From assembly GCF_006345805.1 (NCBI RefSeq), contig NC_043001.1, forward strand, positions 57,474,001 to 57,538,000: a DNA stretch of 64,000 nt, read 5' to 3'. Shown here piece after piece: positions 58,945 to 64,000 of this stretch. This DNA is from Octopus sinensis (lineage: Eukaryota). The position numbers and the translations under genes were made by a program. Position 1 is the first letter of the stretch. Every line of letters starts with the position of its first letter. A model generated the notes under the pieces. It worked only from the letters and a program-made list of their open reading frames with translations. It ran no database searches and had not been told where the DNA came from.

Positions 58945-59477
58945 TGAGTAATAGAAACCAGCGCATGCCAGCAAAGTGACCATAGAATAAAAATCTACGA
59001 AGCCTAATATACCCATCATGACTACCCGTCTGATAAGTTTACACCAAGCACATGCATCGCAGCCATATGCACACGACATGGTAATTTCATATCAAGATAA
59101 ACAGCGCATGACCATACATGTGGGACCCAGTTAGAATTTTCTTCATGTCGAGTAGCCCATCCTGCTAAAAAAGGTCCTTGAAGAATGTTTGTTTAAAGAT
59201 GATGAACGACACAACCATGTTTCCAGAGGTGAACTATTCAAACGCAATAAAATTCCTCTTAACACAAGACCATGAGGCTCCCTCACACTACTTCTACTCG
59301 TTATCAGAGATGTACAAATCGTCAACTACTAGGGGACATGCTCTACAGGTTAATGTGAAGCAAGTGACAAGCAAATCTGTGTTATTGAGCAGAATATTTG
59401 TTGTAGCACATCTTTCACACCAAGGCAAGATAAGCACATGTTAGCACTTCCATTCAGCTAAGACCAGAAGCTTATGA
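58945..59477 (-). mobile_element. Family D non-autonomous element
   Basis: Reverse complement of 36227-36780 (e.g. atacccatcatgactacccgtctgataag). Confidence 0.85.
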
Positions 59478-59639
59478 ACCTTGTTATTATAGCTGTTGTT
59501 ACACAAAGTCATATATTTAACATTTGTTATCCTTTTATAGACAAAGTTACTAGTGCCTCGGGAAGCTAGTAAGTGTATCTGTATCTATAGCCCTGAAGAG
59601 CCAAGTCCGAATTCGTTTAGTAAGCATGCCTCTGAAATT

Positions 59640-62600
59640 TTGTATTAGAAAAGAACGATAGTGGATTAGAGTTGTTTTCTCAGTTGAACAGAATAGCTAT
59701 CTTTCCGCAAAAGAAAACAGCAAAATTATCAAAAGCATTAAAGCAGCCGCAACAACTACAACACAGCATGGGAAAATTACGGAGACAACATAAGCTGCTA
59801 AGAATTGGAACACTGTTTACGATCACGGGAACAACAAAAGAGAGCAATGGCAACAAAAGGCAACAACACAAGCAAAAATACTCCCCCACCCCGACACACC
59901 TAACAGCAGATCCACCACAGCTGGTGACAACAGCAAATCCATTGACACCACTGGCACCAACACCACTGCCCCCAATACTCCCACCACTTACACCACCGCC
60001 ACCAACAGAACAACAAAGAGAATTGACACACAAAGAAAACAAAAATGTGACCTGTGAGGAACAAATCAAAACCCAGAATATGAACACTTGCTACAACTCC
60101 ATAACAAGTGGAAAGATTAACGAGTCCAACAACCACGTCAACAGAAAAAAAAAATTTCCTATATGTTTGGTAAAAAAAAGAAATATTTCCGCTAGCCCTG
60201 GAAAAAAAGTGTGAAATTGACAGAATTTTAAACAATATGATCAAATTCAAGGGTGGGGCAGCGGTACTAGTGTCTCTTGAAATCGTTTCAGGTCGAGGAA
60301 AAAGAAGAGTCCTCTACAGATGTGTTTCACTAAAGAGTAGGCAAGCTGAGCCAGTTCAATCATTCAAATCGAGAATATTCTGAGATACATTATAGAAGAT
60401 GTGACCCACATACAAACAGATAAGTAGTTGGTCTACATCGGGGTTCTATTCCGGAGTCAGAACCTTGCACAAAACATTCTGTGACACCTCGTTGGAGTGA
60501 GAAGTGTGTCTTTTCTCGACGTACCGCTCATTGATAACTGCTAGGGTGAAGTCATTGGCTGTTCTGTCTGACGTCAAATTCTGGCAGATTATGGCTGCAT
60601 GCTCTTACAGGATTGAAAGATACTCCTAGATGTCAAACGAAGCAGCAGATAGCACTGGTTCGGGATAAATCTTGATATTTGGTACCAGGTGAACTCGGAA
60701 CATATAGACCTCAACGGGGTCGAACTACCTGTAGTCGTAGGATGTAGAGAGCCAAAATTTCTGTGGTTGCACAATCCAAAATGATGGGAGGTTCGGGGCC
60801 AACATCCCTCCAAACAACACATCCTTAATCAGAGGAAAAACATCAAATTTACCGTTAGAGAGCAGCAACAATAGTAGCACCAACAACTACACCAGCGGTT
60901 CCGAAGCCAATTCCAGCTATCAGATACGACAACCGCATGCCTAGAAAAACCAATCATAACCATTATCACAAACATCAACTAAAAATCAACGGAAGCTACC
61001 AACCAGAGCGTCTCTCAACCCAGCTCTTCCTTTTCCACTCTCCCTAATACACACTCATGCATAAACTCTCACGCAAGCACATATTCCCATCTATGACTGA
61101 AGAGTTTCCACGGACACTGGTTCCTCCACATGTCGAAGTGAAGACAAGGAGGATGCCCGCAAACCAAACAAAGGATAAAAAGGACACAGAATGAAAACAT
61201 CAAGCCTTGCACCAATACACACACAAGAATACACAGGAACCACTCTCATAACAAGGACAGAGACATTAAAAACAACACCAACTCCACCAGTTGCAGAAGA
61301 GCCAAGTCAATCTCCACTAACATCACCAGTACGACTGGCACTATCATAACTCCAGCCCAGCTGGATTCAGTAGTCTGACCATCCTACCTCCAACAGCAAC
61401 AAGAGAGTAAGTAATTCATCCTTTTCTTTTTTCTCGGCGCATTGCAGCCAGCATGGTGGTTATCAGAGTAATCTGTATAAATGTCCGTTGCTTGTGATTG
61501 TCATGGAAGCAATGTCGGTTCTCAGGTCGCTAGGCTAGGATGTTATGGCTGACAATGAGACAAGGGTTTCTGACAAATTTTGACGACTTTGAGATGTACG
61601 CAACTCTGTCTCGACCTCGAACTGGAGGTGGAGTGCTATAGGATGTTTATGATAGGCCTAGATCTCGAGATGCGGACGATCTTCCAGGACACAGATTATA
61701 AGTAGGTTGCCCTGTATGTGAGTAATAGCAATGGTGGTGCTTTCAGACTAGTGACTATGCATGTCCCATCTGAGTTGGCGTAGACAGATTTCTTTAGATG
61801 CTTGGAGGTTTTTCTTGGGGCGTATCACATTTTAGTTTTAGTGGACGACTGGAACGCTATCTTCGATGCACGCCTGGATAGAGTGGAACAACTGATCGGC
61901 GAGGTGAGTATAAAAGCCTCGCAAATCTGTTCAGTCGCTTCCAATTGGCTGAGAAATATCGACTGGATTTCCAGAAAGTGCCAATTCCAGATCGAATATA
62001 TATAGAATATTTTCTTACCCTGTAGACAGAAGTAGCATACGTTATCCACAATTCGAAATCGTCGGCCACACAGACCACAGGTTTGTGATCTGTACCATCG
62101 ACATAGATAGGATCCATAGAACAGGCTCTGGAGACTGGAAGCTGTACAAGTCCTTCCCGGCGCGCCAAACTTTCAGAGAGCGGGTTACCAAGTTAGTCCA
62201 TCTGAAATTGTCGGGAACTATAGTCATCAATCGAACAGGGCTATTTGATTAGAAGCGGTAGGATTTAGTAAGGAAATCTACTTAAATGCATCTAGGATAG
62301 AGGGAGATCTAGTTGGAGAGCTAGAAGAGGAGGGGCATTGCAACTGACATGCACGGGGTGAGATTGACTTTTGATTAACTCTTCAATGTCAAGCACGAAT
62401 GATGCGTTGTTAGGGCTAGGGAGCGTGCATTAAGACATCAGAAGAGGAGAGTCATTCGATGGGCGCGGATGGTATATGTGCAGCGTGGCAAGAAAGCAAG
62501 AATCCGGTGTTTCACGGGCCGGGAGGGGCGCATGCTACACGGATCCAAGAAAATGTGCATGGAAATTTATCAGCACATCACAGAACTCTACGGCTGGCAT

Positions 62601-63180
62601 GGTAGGTCGGATATGGAGGAAGATTTCACTTCCTACCTTGGTGGTATTCTGCAAAATCCCGATAACAGCTGAAGATATATGGGACACGATGACAAGCAGC
62701 ACAAAAGAGAAACCTCATATCCTGTATGATATGGCCTTCGAGCTATGTTTTCTTGTATCAGATATTTTCGGTATATTCTTGACAGATGTCTAACTCAACC
62801 ATCAGCAGATTGGAAGAATTCCGAGTGCTGTGAGTCGCAGCGTGGTGGTGCTTCTGAGAAAGGAAACGAACTACGGGGAACAAATAGTAAATTTTAGGCC
62901 CGTAGCTCTACTGAACCCAAGTTAAAAGATCTTGGCAACGGATTAGTCAAGAGTTTGACGCTTGATGTCGATACACAGGTAGGTAACGCGCAGACATGAG
63001 CTATCCCAAACAGATCTACCCGCAACAACCTTCGCCTCGCGCGTTACATCATTGAGAGGGTTGGTAAGAATCCTAGTATAAGTGAGTCTCATACAAATCC
63101 CAAATAGGGCCGAAACGCTTTCAGAGGCTGGATCGCTGCAATGTACAGCAACATTCGTTCGGTCGTCACCAATCGGAATC
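59640..63180 (+). mobile_element. L1/Tx1-like LINE, decayed (ORF1 remnant, APE endonuclease, partial RT)
   Basis: From 61453: MVVIRVICINVR, VLVDDWNAIFDARLDRV, VGHTDHRFVIC, GSGDWKLYKS, NFRPVALLN..KILA and RNNLRLARYIIE; many stops. Confidence 0.8.
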
Positions 63181-63885
63181 CATTAGTATCGCCTGTTTGA
63201 CCCCTCAAGGATGCTCACTCTTGTCCCTTGTGTCTTTTTATTCTTACTATAAACATAGACGATAAGATAGTGGCTTGTCGGAGAGATGTAATAGAACATT
63301 TGTCCCAGGTCTATTAGATCTGAGGTCAATTTATCGATTAGCCCACTTTCTAAAAATGTAAGGCTAAGAGTCGATGACATAAACGATTACTCAGCAAAAC
63401 CGTTGGTCTTTTAGAAAATGCAATGCAGTATTCTAAAAATTTACATTCATTCATACTTCGAATCGCAAAACGAGGTCAATCTCACCTATCATGTCTCCGG
63501 AATAAAGTTCCAGTGAAGTACACGAGGAGATCTAGTCGACTAACATCTTTCTATAAACATTTTTGTTTTTCTGTCTAAATTTAAATTTAAGTACGATGTA
63601 CTGTCAAAATATTTAGTAAATATTTTGGGACAAAATGCCTCATAATATTTCATTCAAACCTATTTTATTATGATTTCGTGTCATCGAGGTCATCGCTGCT
63701 TTTCATTCCAACTGTCCAAATAAGCTATACTTCCAGCCCACCAGATTTCTGGCTTCATGCCTATATTAAAAACAATGTTGTTATTGAAAATCTAGCAGAG
63801 GATTATTTATACATTCATACATAGACATATTTTATATATGCGTGCGTGTGTTCATACATGCATACATACATACTTATACAAATAC

Positions 63886-63917
<32 letters not shown>

Positions 63918-64000
63918 ATACACACACACAAACATATATATGTGTGTGTGTGTGTGTGTGTACAGCCCTCACATATATATGCATATATTTGCATATACTT

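Noticed and set aside
59590-59620. CTGAAGAGCCAAGTCCGAATTCG hammerhead-like core
   Set aside because: GAAA is broken and no convincing stems I or III are present
59672-60214. 180-aa Pro/Thr/Gln-rich ORF as a host gene
   Set aside because: Low-complexity A/C-rich 5' part of the Tx1-like element, with no ATG start

Overview
AT-rich, repeat-saturated eukaryotic genomic DNA, most likely from an octopus (inferred from the tRNA-derived SINE families, the extreme (AT)n/(AC)n/(TAA)n/(GATA)n microsatellite load and the TE mix). No intact protein-coding host gene is visible, and most ORF-track entries are microsatellite translations. Recognisable TEs are a near-full-length but disabled Tc1 (DD34E) transposon with TIRs (50380-52069), a decayed R4/Dong-like LINE in a (TAA)n tract, several L1/Tx1-like, RTE and CR1/L2-like LINE remnants, a mariner remnant, two Helitron remnants, Penelope-like (GIY-YIG) remnants and many SINEs. 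Three things stand out. (1) There are about ten type I hammerhead-ribozyme motifs: one with an intact core at 1087-1137, one in a 472-nt retrozyme-like tandem unit, and several in fold-back pairs. (2) A heavily decayed, TE-interrupted ionotropic glutamate receptor/IR-like pseudogene can be read by eye on the minus strand (~13.4-21 kb). (3) A non-autonomous TAA-associated element shares its 3' tail with the Dong-like LINE. All calls are by manual motif reading; no database searches were run.
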